From the NCBI GenBank assembly GCA_043817315.1, contig JBDRGY010000016.1, positions 4,863 through 68,862 of the forward strand: DNA of 64,000 nt, written 5' to 3'. The stretch is from Patescibacteria group bacterium (GTDB lineage Bacteria; Patescibacteriota; Patescibacteriia; JBDRGY01). Below, piece after piece: positions 1 through 8,202 of this stretch. The position numbers and the translations under genes are program-made. Numbering within the stretch: the first letter of the stretch is position 1; the number at the start of each line of letters is the position of its first letter. The notes under the pieces are model-generated. The model was not told where the DNA came from. It saw nothing but the letters and a program-made list of their open reading frames with translations, and searched no databases.

Positions 1-963
1 CGAGAACAGAGAAAAAGAATTGCCCAAGAAAGTCTAGAGGTATTTGCTCCCATTGCCGATCGCTTGGGCATGGGCCAAATCAGGGGAGAAATTGAGGATC
101 TGTCCTTTCAGTTTTCTCATCCTCAAGAATATCGCTGGGTCAAGAAGGTGGCTGACCAGCGAATTCAACAGCAGCTCCCCTATCTTAAAAAAATGCAAAA
201 GAAACTCAATCGCCTATTAAATAAAACCGACGTCCAGGTCAAAGATGTTCATCTAAGATCAAAACACTACTATTCTCTTTATCAAAAACTATTGAAGCAC
301 AATTCCAATATTGATCGTATTTATGACCTCAATGTAATTCGTCTAATCGTCGGCACTGAAAAACAATGCTACAACGCCCTGGGTGTAATTCATGACCTGT
401 GGCGACCACTTAAAGGCCATATCAAGGATTACATCGCCCAGCCCAAAGCCAACGGCTATCAGTCTTTACACACTACCGTCTTAACCAAAACTCAGATAGT
501 GGAATTCCAAATAAGAACGGATTCCATGCACCAACAAGCCGAGAAGGGCCTGGTCGCCTTGTTAACCAGTAAAAAAAGAAAAGTGGCAGAAAACTTGCCG
601 TTCATCAAAGAGATTAAAAAAATTCAGAAAGAATTTCGAGGAGGAAAAAGATATCTGGACATTTTAAAAACTGATGTTTTTCAGAGACACATTGTCATTT
701 TTACTCCACACGGGGACATTATTACATTGCCAGAGGAAGCAAGCCCTATTGACTTCGCCTACAAAATTCACACAGATATCGGCAACAAGTGCCAACAAGC
801 TAAAGTTAATGATAAAACTGTTCCACTGGGCACTAAATTAAAAAGCGGTGATGTAGTAGAAATCATCACCGACCCCCGTAAGAAGAAACCGGACAAGAAA
901 TGGTTAAAGTTGGCCAAGACTCAATACGCGCAACATCACATTAATCACGCCCTGACTAAATAA
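1..963 (+). CDS. RelA/SpoT family (p)ppGpp synthetase/hydrolase with TGS domain, 5'-truncated by the window edge
   Basis: Frame is open from base 1 (REQRKRIAQESLEVFAPIADRLGMGQIRGEIEDL). Motifs KDYIAQPKANGYQSLHTT and EFQIRT; TGS motif FTPHG..DFAYKIHT. Confidence 0.93.
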   Translation, partial: REQRKRIAQESLEVFAPIADRLGMGQIRGEIEDLSFQFSHPQEYRWVKKVADQRIQQQLPYLKKMQKKLNRLLNKTDVQVKDVHLRSKHYYSLYQKLLKHNSNIDRIYDLNVIRLIVGTEKQCYNALGVIHDLWRPLKGHIKDYIAQPKANGYQSLHTTVLTKTQIVEFQIRTDSMHQQAEKGLVALLTSKKRKVAENLPFIKEIKKIQKEFRGGKRYLDILKTDVFQRHIVIFTPHGDIITLPEEASPIDFAYKIHTDIGNKCQQAKVNDKTVPLGTKLKSGDVVEIITDPRKKKPDKKWLKLAKTQYAQHHINHALTK

Positions 964-980
964 TTTGTATTACCAGGAGA

Positions 981-3077
981 CTAGATAGTCTCTGTTTTTA
1001 TTTGAGCCAAATAATCCAAAACGGTTTGATTGCCGGGATCATAAAGCAGTATCGTCTCCAATTCACTGATAATCTTCTCCTTGAGAATAGTTCTCTGTTC
1101 ATCGCTGGCCGCTTGCCCCATCAGGTCATACACCTGAGCTAAAATAAATCGTGCTTCGATAAAGTCTTTTTTGATTTCAACGGCCTTGAGCAGGTCAGCC
1201 TCGGCCAGATCCAGATATTGGTTGATGGTCTTCTGCTGCTCCGGTAGCTCCATAAAGTCTAGAGCATAAACCAGATAGCTCTGTCCTGCTTCGTAATAGA
1301 CAAGGGGGTCATTGGGGCTTATTAATTTTATCTGATCATAATTAGCAAAAACAATTTTCTCAGTTTCAGTTACGTACTGCCTGAAGTCCCGATAAATTGC
1401 CGCTTTTTTCCTCAGGGCTCTGGCGCTGTCATTTTCCAATTCAACGCCCTTATTAACCGCGGCGGCTGCCAATATTATCAAATTATCAATATCGTTTATC
1501 CCTTGCTGGACATTCAACCCGGCGTCAACCAAATAGCTCTCGGCTAACCCGAAATAATTGTCTGACATAAAAGGGTTAAGCCTCGAGGCTTTGATAAAAT
1601 GGTCCTCGACAGTCTTAATATCGTCTAGATTACTAATTGATTCCTGGGCTTTGACCACATGGTACTCGGCCATATAAAAACGAACAGAAAAAACCATAAC
1701 CACTATGACGAATCCTATTCCCAGGGCAAAACTAATTCCGCTGATAACATCTTTCTTCTCCTTTTTTACCACAGAAGAATCGTCTCGCGCTACTACCAAA
1801 AACCGGACAGTGCCCAAGGCCAGCATTAGCCAGAAAATGAAAGACATTACAATATTATAGGAATAGACAAAACCCAACAGTAGCAAGCTAAAAAAAGTGA
1901 TAACGATAGCCATATCGATAATCCAGTCTAGAGAAGGTTTTTGGGAAATTATCCTTTTCAACCCCTTGCTCAAAAAGAGGTAAGCGATAGTTAGAATCAC
2001 CAGGAAATTGATTATGCCGGTTGTGGCCAAAAATTGGCTCCACTGGCTATTGGCCTTTACAAAGCTGAGATTCCAATAAGGATGGGCATTGAAAGAATCG
2101 GGCCTATGAGTAACCAGATCATAATGGAAGGTTTGAGGACCAGAACCGGATAAGAAACGGGACCTCAAGACACTGCCTGTTACTTTCCAGGAATTTCCTT
2201 GACCCAGTACTATGTCGTTTTCCAAATCGAGATTGGTATAGTTATTGACCGACAGAAAAATCATCAGGATAGAAATGATTATCAAGAAAGTCGGTAAAAT
2301 CACCCAGCCGCTGGCCAATTCTCGAGATTGCCAGGCTATAAATATCAAAAACAGGAAGAGACCGACTACCAAAGCAAACCAACCAACATAACTATCAAAT
2401 AAGATAAGCAGAACAAAGCTGGCCAGTGCTAAACAAGATAGTAATATTCTTGGCGTTTTTTTGAGGAACATAATAAATCCCAAGGCTATGGGGATTATTA
2501 GGGCCAGGAAGACTGCAAAAACCGAAACAGAATTAGCCACCAGGTTGAATGACCTGGATTGGGTGGCTATCTGAGAAAAAAGATGAACATCAAATAATTG
2601 TAGGGTGCTGAAAATAATGACCAGGCCTGCCGAGGCAAATAAACTGTAAAAAATCTTTAAAATATCCTGGCGTCGCCAATTGGTGTTGATAATCACAAAG
2701 TAAAAAGCCACTAAAAAAATGGTTGTAATCAAAGTGGCATCATAGTATCCCAAGAGACCAAAGAGGCTTACTCGCCAGTTCAAGGAAAAAATCGTGGATA
2801 TGATATAGAGCAGCAAAAAAGATAAGACTAAAATGTTAATCTTGTTCTTGGTGGTTTTATATCGTTTTTCTACCACCATTTGTAATAAGTAGGTGCCGCT
2901 GGCCACTGAGACAAAAAAATAAAGTAGTATTGTTTTGCTGATTTCGATAAGGTCTTGGGAAAAGGGCAGCAGGAAAACCGGTAGCAGGAAGACTGAGAAA
3001 TATACAGAAGTTTTAATTATTTTTTCATAAATTGATTCGGCTTCTTTCCAAAATTTGAGTTTGGCCAATAACTTCAT
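981..3077 (-). CDS. Multi-pass membrane protein, O-antigen ligase/Wzy_C-like with C-terminal TPR-like repeats
   Basis: Many TM segments, G-S-G-P-Q-T-F loop typical of Wzy_C, helical TPR-like tail. Confidence 0.65.
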   Translation of the reverse strand: MKLLAKLKFWKEAESIYEKIIKTSVYFSVFLLPVFLLPFSQDLIEISKTILLYFFVSVASGTYLLQMVVEKRYKTTKNKINILVLSFLLLYIISTIFSLNWRVSLFGLLGYYDATLITTIFLVAFYFVIINTNWRRQDILKIFYSLFASAGLVIIFSTLQLFDVHLFSQIATQSRSFNLVANSVSVFAVFLALIIPIALGFIMFLKKTPRILLSCLALASFVLLILFDSYVGWFALVVGLFLFLIFIAWQSRELASGWVILPTFLIIISILMIFLSVNNYTNLDLENDIVLGQGNSWKVTGSVLRSRFLSGSGPQTFHYDLVTHRPDSFNAHPYWNLSFVKANSQWSQFLATTGIINFLVILTIAYLFLSKGLKRIISQKPSLDWIIDMAIVITFFSLLLLGFVYSYNIVMSFIFWLMLALGTVRFLVVARDDSSVVKKEKKDVISGISFALGIGFVIVVMVFSVRFYMAEYHVVKAQESISNLDDIKTVEDHFIKASRLNPFMSDNYFGLAESYLVDAGLNVQQGINDIDNLIILAAAAVNKGVELENDSARALRKKAAIYRDFRQYVTETEKIVFANYDQIKLISPNDPLVYYEAGQSYLVYALDFMELPEQQKTINQYLDLAEADLLKAVEIKKDFIEARFILAQVYDLMGQAASDEQRTILKEKIISELETILLYDPGNQTVLDYLAQIKTETI

Positions 3078-3080
3078 GGT

Positions 3081-3935
3081 TTAAGTAATCTTATTAATTA
3101 ATTCTTGTAATTCCTCATTAGAATAAAATTCGATAATAATTTGTCCCTTATTCCCCTCTCTTTTTATTTCTACTTTAGTGCCCAATGCCTGACGTAGCTG
3201 ATCTATTTTTTCTTCCAGGGCCGGATCTCGTCCAGTCTCCTGTTTCCTGGTTGGCTTTTTGGTTTTTCTGGCTTGTTTTTCGGTTTCTCTGACAGTAAGT
3301 TTATCCGATAAGACTTTTCTGAGTAACTTAAGACGGTCTTCATCGCTGGCCAGTCCTAAAATAGCCTTGGCCTGACCTTCAGAAATTTTTTCTTCAGTGA
3401 TTGCCTGTTGAATTTTTTCGGGCAAGGTTAGCAATCTTAAGGTGTTACTAACTGCCACTCGGCTCTTGCCTACTTTTTTGGCTACTTGCTCTTGAGATAA
3501 GTTGAATTGGTCAACTAACTGTTGGTAGCCCTTAGCTTTTTCAATGGCGTTTAAATCTTTTCTTTGGATGTTCTCGATTAAGGCTAATTCTAATCTGTCT
3601 TGGTCATTGGCTTCTCGAATAATGACCGGCACCGTAGGTAATTCTAAAAACTTTGAGGCCTTTAAACGCCTCTCGCCAGCAATCAATTGATAACCGTTCT
3701 TGTCTTTGGTTACAATCAAGGGCTGGATAATACCATGTTCTTTGATGGAGTCAATCAACTCTTCAAGGCTGGCATGGTCAAAGTTATGTCGGGGTTGACT
3801 GGGGTTTGGTTTAACCTTATATACCTCAACCTGGATAATCCTTTCTTTGTCATCAGTAGAATCACTGGTGATATCTTCTGGGGATCCAGAAATCAGTGAT
3901 CCTAGCCCACGACCTAATCCTTTATATTTTGCCAT
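3081..3935 (-). CDS. parB: Chromosome partitioning protein ParB/Spo0J
   Basis: GLGRGL N-terminus, PNPSQPR, LIAGERR, LIENIQR. Confidence 0.96.
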   Translation of the reverse strand: MAKYKGLGRGLGSLISGSPEDITSDSTDDKERIIQVEVYKVKPNPSQPRHNFDHASLEELIDSIKEHGIIQPLIVTKDKNGYQLIAGERRLKASKFLELPTVPVIIREANDQDRLELALIENIQRKDLNAIEKAKGYQQLVDQFNLSQEQVAKKVGKSRVAVSNTLRLLTLPEKIQQAITEEKISEGQAKAILGLASDEDRLKLLRKVLSDKLTVRETEKQARKTKKPTRKQETGRDPALEEKIDQLRQALGTKVEIKREGNKGQIIIEFYSNEELQELINKIT

Positions 3936-4698
3936 TGTCCGTTACCTCTATTAATTCTTTTGATAAACGTTCGTATGCTTTGGCCCCCTTGCATCTCTTG
4001 TCATACTCCAGAATGGTTAATCCATGAGAAGGGGCTTCGGCCAACTTAATATTACGAGGAATAACTGTCCTGAATATATTATTGGGGAAATATTTGTAAA
4101 TTTCCATCATTACTGCATCTGACAATCGCTGGCTGTAGTCATACATGGTTAATAGAGCTCCCATAATATATAAGTCTGGTCTGATATTCTGCTTGACCAA
4201 GTTAATGGTGTCCACCAATTGACCCAAACCCTCCAGGGCGTAATATTCACATTGAACAGGTATCAATACTGAGTCAGCGGCTACCAGGCTGTTGATAGTC
4301 AGCAAGCTCAAGGAAGGAGGACAATCAATAATAACATAATCGTAGCTGTTTCTCACCGAAGACATTTCTTCAGCCAAACGAAACTCCCTTCTGGGAATAT
4401 TGACCAATTCAACATTAGCTCCCGCCAAAGACAAAGTTGATGGTGCCAGCTGATAACGAGCCCTTTTAATGTCATAGATTACTTCATTAAACTGGACATC
4501 AGTTACTAGGGTTTCATAGACTCCCCGGGCTAAGGTCTTGTGAGCTATACCCACTCCAGATGAAGCATTGCCCTGAGGATCCATATCAACCAGCAAAACC
4601 ATCTTGCCGGCCTTGGCCAGATAAGCTCCCAGATTAACTGCGGTGGTTGTCTTGCCCACTCCGCCTTTTTGATTGACTACTGCGATGACTTGCGACAT
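3922..4698 (-). CDS. parA: Chromosome partitioning ATPase ParA/Soj
   Basis: NQKGGVGKTT, DPQGNAS, IDCPPSL, PVQCEYYALEG. Confidence 0.96.
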   Translation of the reverse strand: MSQVIAVVNQKGGVGKTTTAVNLGAYLAKAGKMVLLVDMDPQGNASSGVGIAHKTLARGVYETLVTDVQFNEVIYDIKRARYQLAPSTLSLAGANVELVNIPRREFRLAEEMSSVRNSYDYVIIDCPPSLSLLTINSLVAADSVLIPVQCEYYALEGLGQLVDTINLVKQNIRPDLYIMGALLTMYDYSQRLSDAVMMEIYKYFPNNIFRTVIPRNIKLAEAPSHGLTILEYDKRCKGAKAYERLSKELIEVTDNGKI

Positions 4699-4752
4699 AG
4701 ATTACAATTAATAAGTAAGCAAATTATAGCAAAAAATGTCTTGTTCTACAAA

Positions 4753-4781
4753 TTGACTAAAGAGACTTTTTGCTTTAATAT
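4753..4781 (+). promoter_or_regulatory. Sigma70-type promoter ahead of the tRNA-Leu nest
   Basis: TTGACT-N17-TAATAT, ending 11 nt before the outer tRNA 5' end at 4793. Confidence 0.65.
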
Positions 4782-4792
4782 AGACGATACTT

Positions 4793-5066
4793 GCCGCGGT
4801 GGCCCCGCTAGACAGCGGGGTAAACTCCACTGGTAGACTTTATGGCATTTTTCTGCCCTTGCTCCTGCCGGGATGGCGGAACCGGTAGACGCGCACGACT
4901 CAAAATCGTGTGGGATTTATCCCATGAGAGTTCGAGTCTCTCTCCCGGCAGAGGCAAGGGCAGACAACGTGCGCACGGCCTGCCCCGCTGGAGCGTAGCG
5001 GAAAGCGGGGACTCAAAATCGTGTGGGATTTATCCCATGAGAGTTCGAGTCTCTCCCGCGGCACCA
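4793..5066 (+). pseudogene. Interrupted outer tRNA-Leu(CAA), ends in CCA, with three insertions (one contains the intact tRNA-Leu)
   Basis: GCCGCGGTGG..CTGGTAGAC..GCGCACG..ACTCAAAATCGTGTGGGATTTATCCCATGAGAGTTCGAGTCTCTCCCGCGGCACCA; acceptor stem GCCGCGG/CCGCGGC intact. Confidence 0.8.
4867..4950 (+). tRNA. tRNA-Leu(CAA), intact, no encoded CCA, flanked by inverted repeats
   Basis: Acceptor GCCGGGA/TCCCGGC, anticodon arm CACGA-CTCAAAA-TCGTG, long variable arm, T-loop TTCGAGT. Confidence 0.93.
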
Positions 5067-5139
5067 CCCTTGCAGAAATTAATATTTTCTGTATACTATA
5101 GAGACATTACTTATCAAAGTACTTAAAAACTAACTACGT

Positions 5140-5214
5140 TGCGGGGTAGAGCAGTGGCAGCTCGTCAGGCTCATAACCTGAAGGTCGGCGGTTCGAATCC
5201 GCCCCCCGCTACCA
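5140..5214 (+). tRNA. tRNA-fMet(CAT), initiator
   Basis: TGCGGGG..CCCCGCT-A-CCA with a 1:72 mismatch; arm TCAGG-CTCATAA-CCTGA. Confidence 0.9.
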
Positions 5215-5239
5215 AACTATAAACCCTTGAATATGACTC

Positions 5240-5315
5240 GCCAGGGTAGCTCAGTTGGTAGAGCAAAGGACTCATAAGCCTTAGGTCGCGGGTTCAAGTC
5301 CCGCCCCTGGTACCA
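5240..5315 (+). tRNA. tRNA with CAT anticodon (elongator Met or Ile2)
   Basis: Cloverleaf GCCAGGG..CCCTGGT-A-CCA, anticodon loop CTCATAA. Confidence 0.88.
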
Positions 5316-5321
5316 AATATT

Positions 5322-5843
5322 ATGATGATAACTACCCATGCCCTAGCCGGCGTTTATATCAGTCAACAGGTCGGACACCCAGCTTGGGCTTTTTTTATTG
5401 GTTTTTTATCTCACTTCCTCCTGGACTTCATCCCCCACGGTGATGAGTACATTGCCGAATGGATTCACCAAAAGAATTTTAAAAGAAGGGCCTTTTTGAT
5501 TGTTTTTTCTGATGCTGCTGCCTTGTCTCTTTTTGTGGTTTTTCTGCTATATAAAATTGAACTGCCCCAGCTCTCTATTCTGCTGGCCGGAGTAATTGGT
5601 GCCATCCTGCCTGATATTTTTGACAACGTCATCGGCCCCCCCGGCTCCTATCTGCTTAGTAAACATAACTATAATAAAACCCTAAAAAAGAATAACCCGA
5701 TCAAATCATTCATTATTCGTCATAACATCTTTCATAGTGTTGTTCACAATCCCTTTAAGAAAAAAATGAACACCCGGGCTGGTATAGTAGTGCAATTGGG
5801 TTTAAGTGTTTTTCTGATTGTTCAAATAATCCTCGGGGCTTAA
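5322..5843 (+). CDS. Membrane protein, putative metal-dependent hydrolase-like
   Basis: TTHAL, SHFLLDFIPH, LPD, and C-terminal HxxxH motifs. Confidence 0.6.
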   Translation: MMITTHALAGVYISQQVGHPAWAFFIGFLSHFLLDFIPHGDEYIAEWIHQKNFKRRAFLIVFSDAAALSLFVVFLLYKIELPQLSILLAGVIGAILPDIFDNVIGPPGSYLLSKHNYNKTLKKNNPIKSFIIRHNIFHSVVHNPFKKKMNTRAGIVVQLGLSVFLIVQIILGA

Positions 5844-5849
5844 ATCAAT

Positions 5850-5883
5850 AAAAAAATTCCCCAAAGCATTGAGGGATTTTTTT
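5850..5883. terminator. Bidirectional intrinsic terminator
   Basis: A-tract, short hairpin and T-tract between convergent genes. Confidence 0.55.
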
Positions 5884-5891
5884 ATTGTGGA

Positions 5892-6080
5892 TTATTTTAA
5901 GCTAATGGCTCCCTCGGGACAGCTGTCTTTGGCGGCCTGGCAATCGCATTTACCCTCATCACATCCTTTAGGATCGGTCACTTTGGCCATGCCGTCTTCG
6001 TCAACTTTAAAAACCCCGGGACAAAGCGCCTCACAGGTACCACAGCCTACACACTTTTTTGTATCGATAATTGGTTTCAT
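5892..6080 (-). CDS. Ferredoxin (single Fe-S cluster)
   Basis: CVGCGTCEALCP and distal CPEGAI. Confidence 0.9.
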   Translation of the reverse strand: MKPIIDTKKCVGCGTCEALCPGVFKVDEDGMAKVTDPKGCDEGKCDCQAAKDSCPEGAISLK

Positions 6081-6085
6081 ATTTT

Positions 6086-6889
6086 TTATACAGCGATATT
6101 TTTTCTTTTAAATATTATTATTGATAAAGCTATTGATACGATGAAAACCGAAAGGAAGATGATAATAGATTGCACCGGCCACTCCCCGGTTCTTAAAATC
6201 TCCTGGGGATTGTAATAGTTGAAAAGACTTAGCCATTCAAAGTCTTTGATCTTATCGATAATTTCAGCCAAAGAATTGAGAACGTAAGAAACAATCAAAA
6301 AGGCAATGGCGATTAAATTGGCCCTGCCCCTTTCGTTAAAGATTACTGACAGCAAAAAGGCAATTCCTCCAAGGGCCAACATCAAAAGAATACCTTCTAC
6401 CGCCCAGATCCAATAGGAACCTTGATTTAAAGTAACATCTACCAAAGAAGCCGAGGCGAAAGTACCAAGTACCGTGATCAAAGTCATGGCCACCAGTATC
6501 AAGACCATGGATATTACTTTAGCTGATAGAAATTTGGTACGAGAAATCGGCTGCCATAAAATTAGCTCGAGAGTACCTCGTTCGTGTTCTTGGGCAATGG
6601 CGGCCGTGGCAAAAGAAATGGCCAAGCCCCCCACAATGAATACCCAGACAAAATTGTAATACTCCAGGCTCATAAATCCTTCGAAGGTCATAAATTCCAT
6701 CATGTCGCCGCCAAAAAAAGCCATTAGATTTTCCGGGTAAGCATCCATCAGTTCGACAAATTGGTCAGCGTTTTCTCTGATCGTCGGATAAAAGCTGCCG
6801 ATTAACATAGTATATCCGAAAATTACCAGAGCGAAAACAACGATACTGGTCCGGCGCAACTTGATAGTTTTTAGAATTACTGTCCACAT
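6086..6889 (-). CDS. ABC-2 type transporter permease
   Basis: Six TMs, EHERGTLELIL..PISR motif, adjacent to the ATPase. Confidence 0.85.
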   Translation of the reverse strand: MWTVILKTIKLRRTSIVVFALVIFGYTMLIGSFYPTIRENADQFVELMDAYPENLMAFFGGDMMEFMTFEGFMSLEYYNFVWVFIVGGLAISFATAAIAQEHERGTLELILWQPISRTKFLSAKVISMVLILVAMTLITVLGTFASASLVDVTLNQGSYWIWAVEGILLMLALGGIAFLLSVIFNERGRANLIAIAFLIVSYVLNSLAEIIDKIKDFEWLSLFNYYNPQEILRTGEWPVQSIIIFLSVFIVSIALSIIIFKRKNIAV

Positions 6890-6890
6890 A

Positions 6891-7769
6891 CTATTTTTTA
6901 TAAAACTCCATGAAGAAATCTTCTAAAGAAGCCTGATTAAAAATCAGATCTTTGATCTTATATTTGGCAACGTGTTTTATTAAAGTATCAACTTCACCCT
7001 GAACCGTAATGCGAATATAATGATTGATTTTGTTTACCGAGACCACCTGGGATAATACCTGAAACTCTTGGGGATTAACCTGGTCTTCAAATAAAACGTC
7101 CAGATGGCGTACTGTTTTAGAGCGCAAGCCATCAATCGTTTCAATGGAAACTAAATTACCGTCTTTGACGATACCCACCCTGTCACAAACCCTGTCCACT
7201 TCTGGCAGAAAGTGGGAAGAAAGAAAAATTGTTCCTCCATTCTCTTTAAATTCCCGCAAGATCTTGTAGATTTCCTGCTGCATTAGTGGGTCCAGGCCCA
7301 CTGTTGGTTCATCTAACACTAAAAGTTTTGGCTGATGCATCAGGGCAATAATCACCGCCAGCTTCTGCTTGTTGCCCTTGGAGTAAGCCTTGATTTTACG
7401 GTCCGGATTGAAATCTAACCTCTCGATCAACTGGTCTTTAAGGGCAGATTCCTTTTTAGGATTCAACTTGTCAATATATTCTATTAGCTCCCCTCCTTTC
7501 ATTTTGTCATACAGATGGACATCTCCAGGAATCAGACTGACATCTTTCTTAATCTGGACTGACTTTTTTTGGGTATCCAAGCTAAATATTTTGGCTGAAC
7601 CATTAGTTGGCTTAAGTAGGCCCATTAGCAATCTAATGGTAGTTGTTTTACCAGACCCATTGGGGCCCAGAAAACCAAAAATTTCACCTTCATTGATTTG
7701 TAAGGTGAGATCATCAATACCTTTAATCTTGCCGTAATACTTTGATAAATTTTTTGTCTCTATAACCAT
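6891..7769 (-). CDS. ABC-2 type transporter ATP-binding protein
   Basis: GPNGSGKTT, YSKGNKQK, LDEPTVGLD. Confidence 0.93.
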   Translation of the reverse strand: MVIETKNLSKYYGKIKGIDDLTLQINEGEIFGFLGPNGSGKTTTIRLLMGLLKPTNGSAKIFSLDTQKKSVQIKKDVSLIPGDVHLYDKMKGGELIEYIDKLNPKKESALKDQLIERLDFNPDRKIKAYSKGNKQKLAVIIALMHQPKLLVLDEPTVGLDPLMQQEIYKILREFKENGGTIFLSSHFLPEVDRVCDRVGIVKDGNLVSIETIDGLRSKTVRHLDVLFEDQVNPQEFQVLSQVVSVNKINHYIRITVQGEVDTLIKHVAKYKIKDLIFNQASLEDFFMEFYKK

Positions 7770-7863
7770 CTCGCTATTAGATTATCAAAAAATATTTAAT
7801 CAGTCAAAGGCGACCAAAAAATAAATCTAGCCGAGACACCAGGGCTAGATTTATTTATAAAGT

Positions 7864-8052
7864 CTACTGTTGAACTGGTGAAGTACCTCCTTTTTTGGAA
7901 GTGGCAGCCATTATTAACCCGATTACTGCCAAGACTATTACTACGTAATTAAGCCAAGCTGGTACCATTAAATCTTCCCATAAGTCCAGGAGGCTGACAA
8001 TAGAAATTGCAATTAATACAACGAATATCAAAGCTGAATACCATTTTAACAT
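7864..8052 (-). CDS. Small two-TM membrane protein
   Basis: GGAGGTGA SD, two hydrophobic helices. Confidence 0.7.
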   Translation of the reverse strand: MLKWYSALIFVVLIAISIVSLLDLWEDLMVPAWLNYVVIVLAVIGLIMAATSKKGGTSPVQQ

Positions 8053-8202
8053 TCTATCACCTCCCTTCTTAAATCTTGTTCTTTATAATCTATGCTCATA
8101 TTATAACTTAATTTTTTAACAAAAGAAACCTCTAAAAACGTTAATGAAAACCAATAATTAGCCTTGTGATAATATCTTTGTGGACAAAAACTGCAAGTTA
8201 TT

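Noticed and set aside
3081-4790. parS site near parAB
   Set aside because: No match to the TGTTTCACGTGAAACA consensus was spotted by eye.
4793-5066. CRISPR array or integrated-element att pair at the tRNA loci
   Set aside because: No regular repeat-spacer period, no cas or integrase genes, and both tRNA ends are duplicated.
4842-5126. 94-aa ORF with an internal repeat
   Set aside because: It is a translation of the nested tRNA-Leu sequences.
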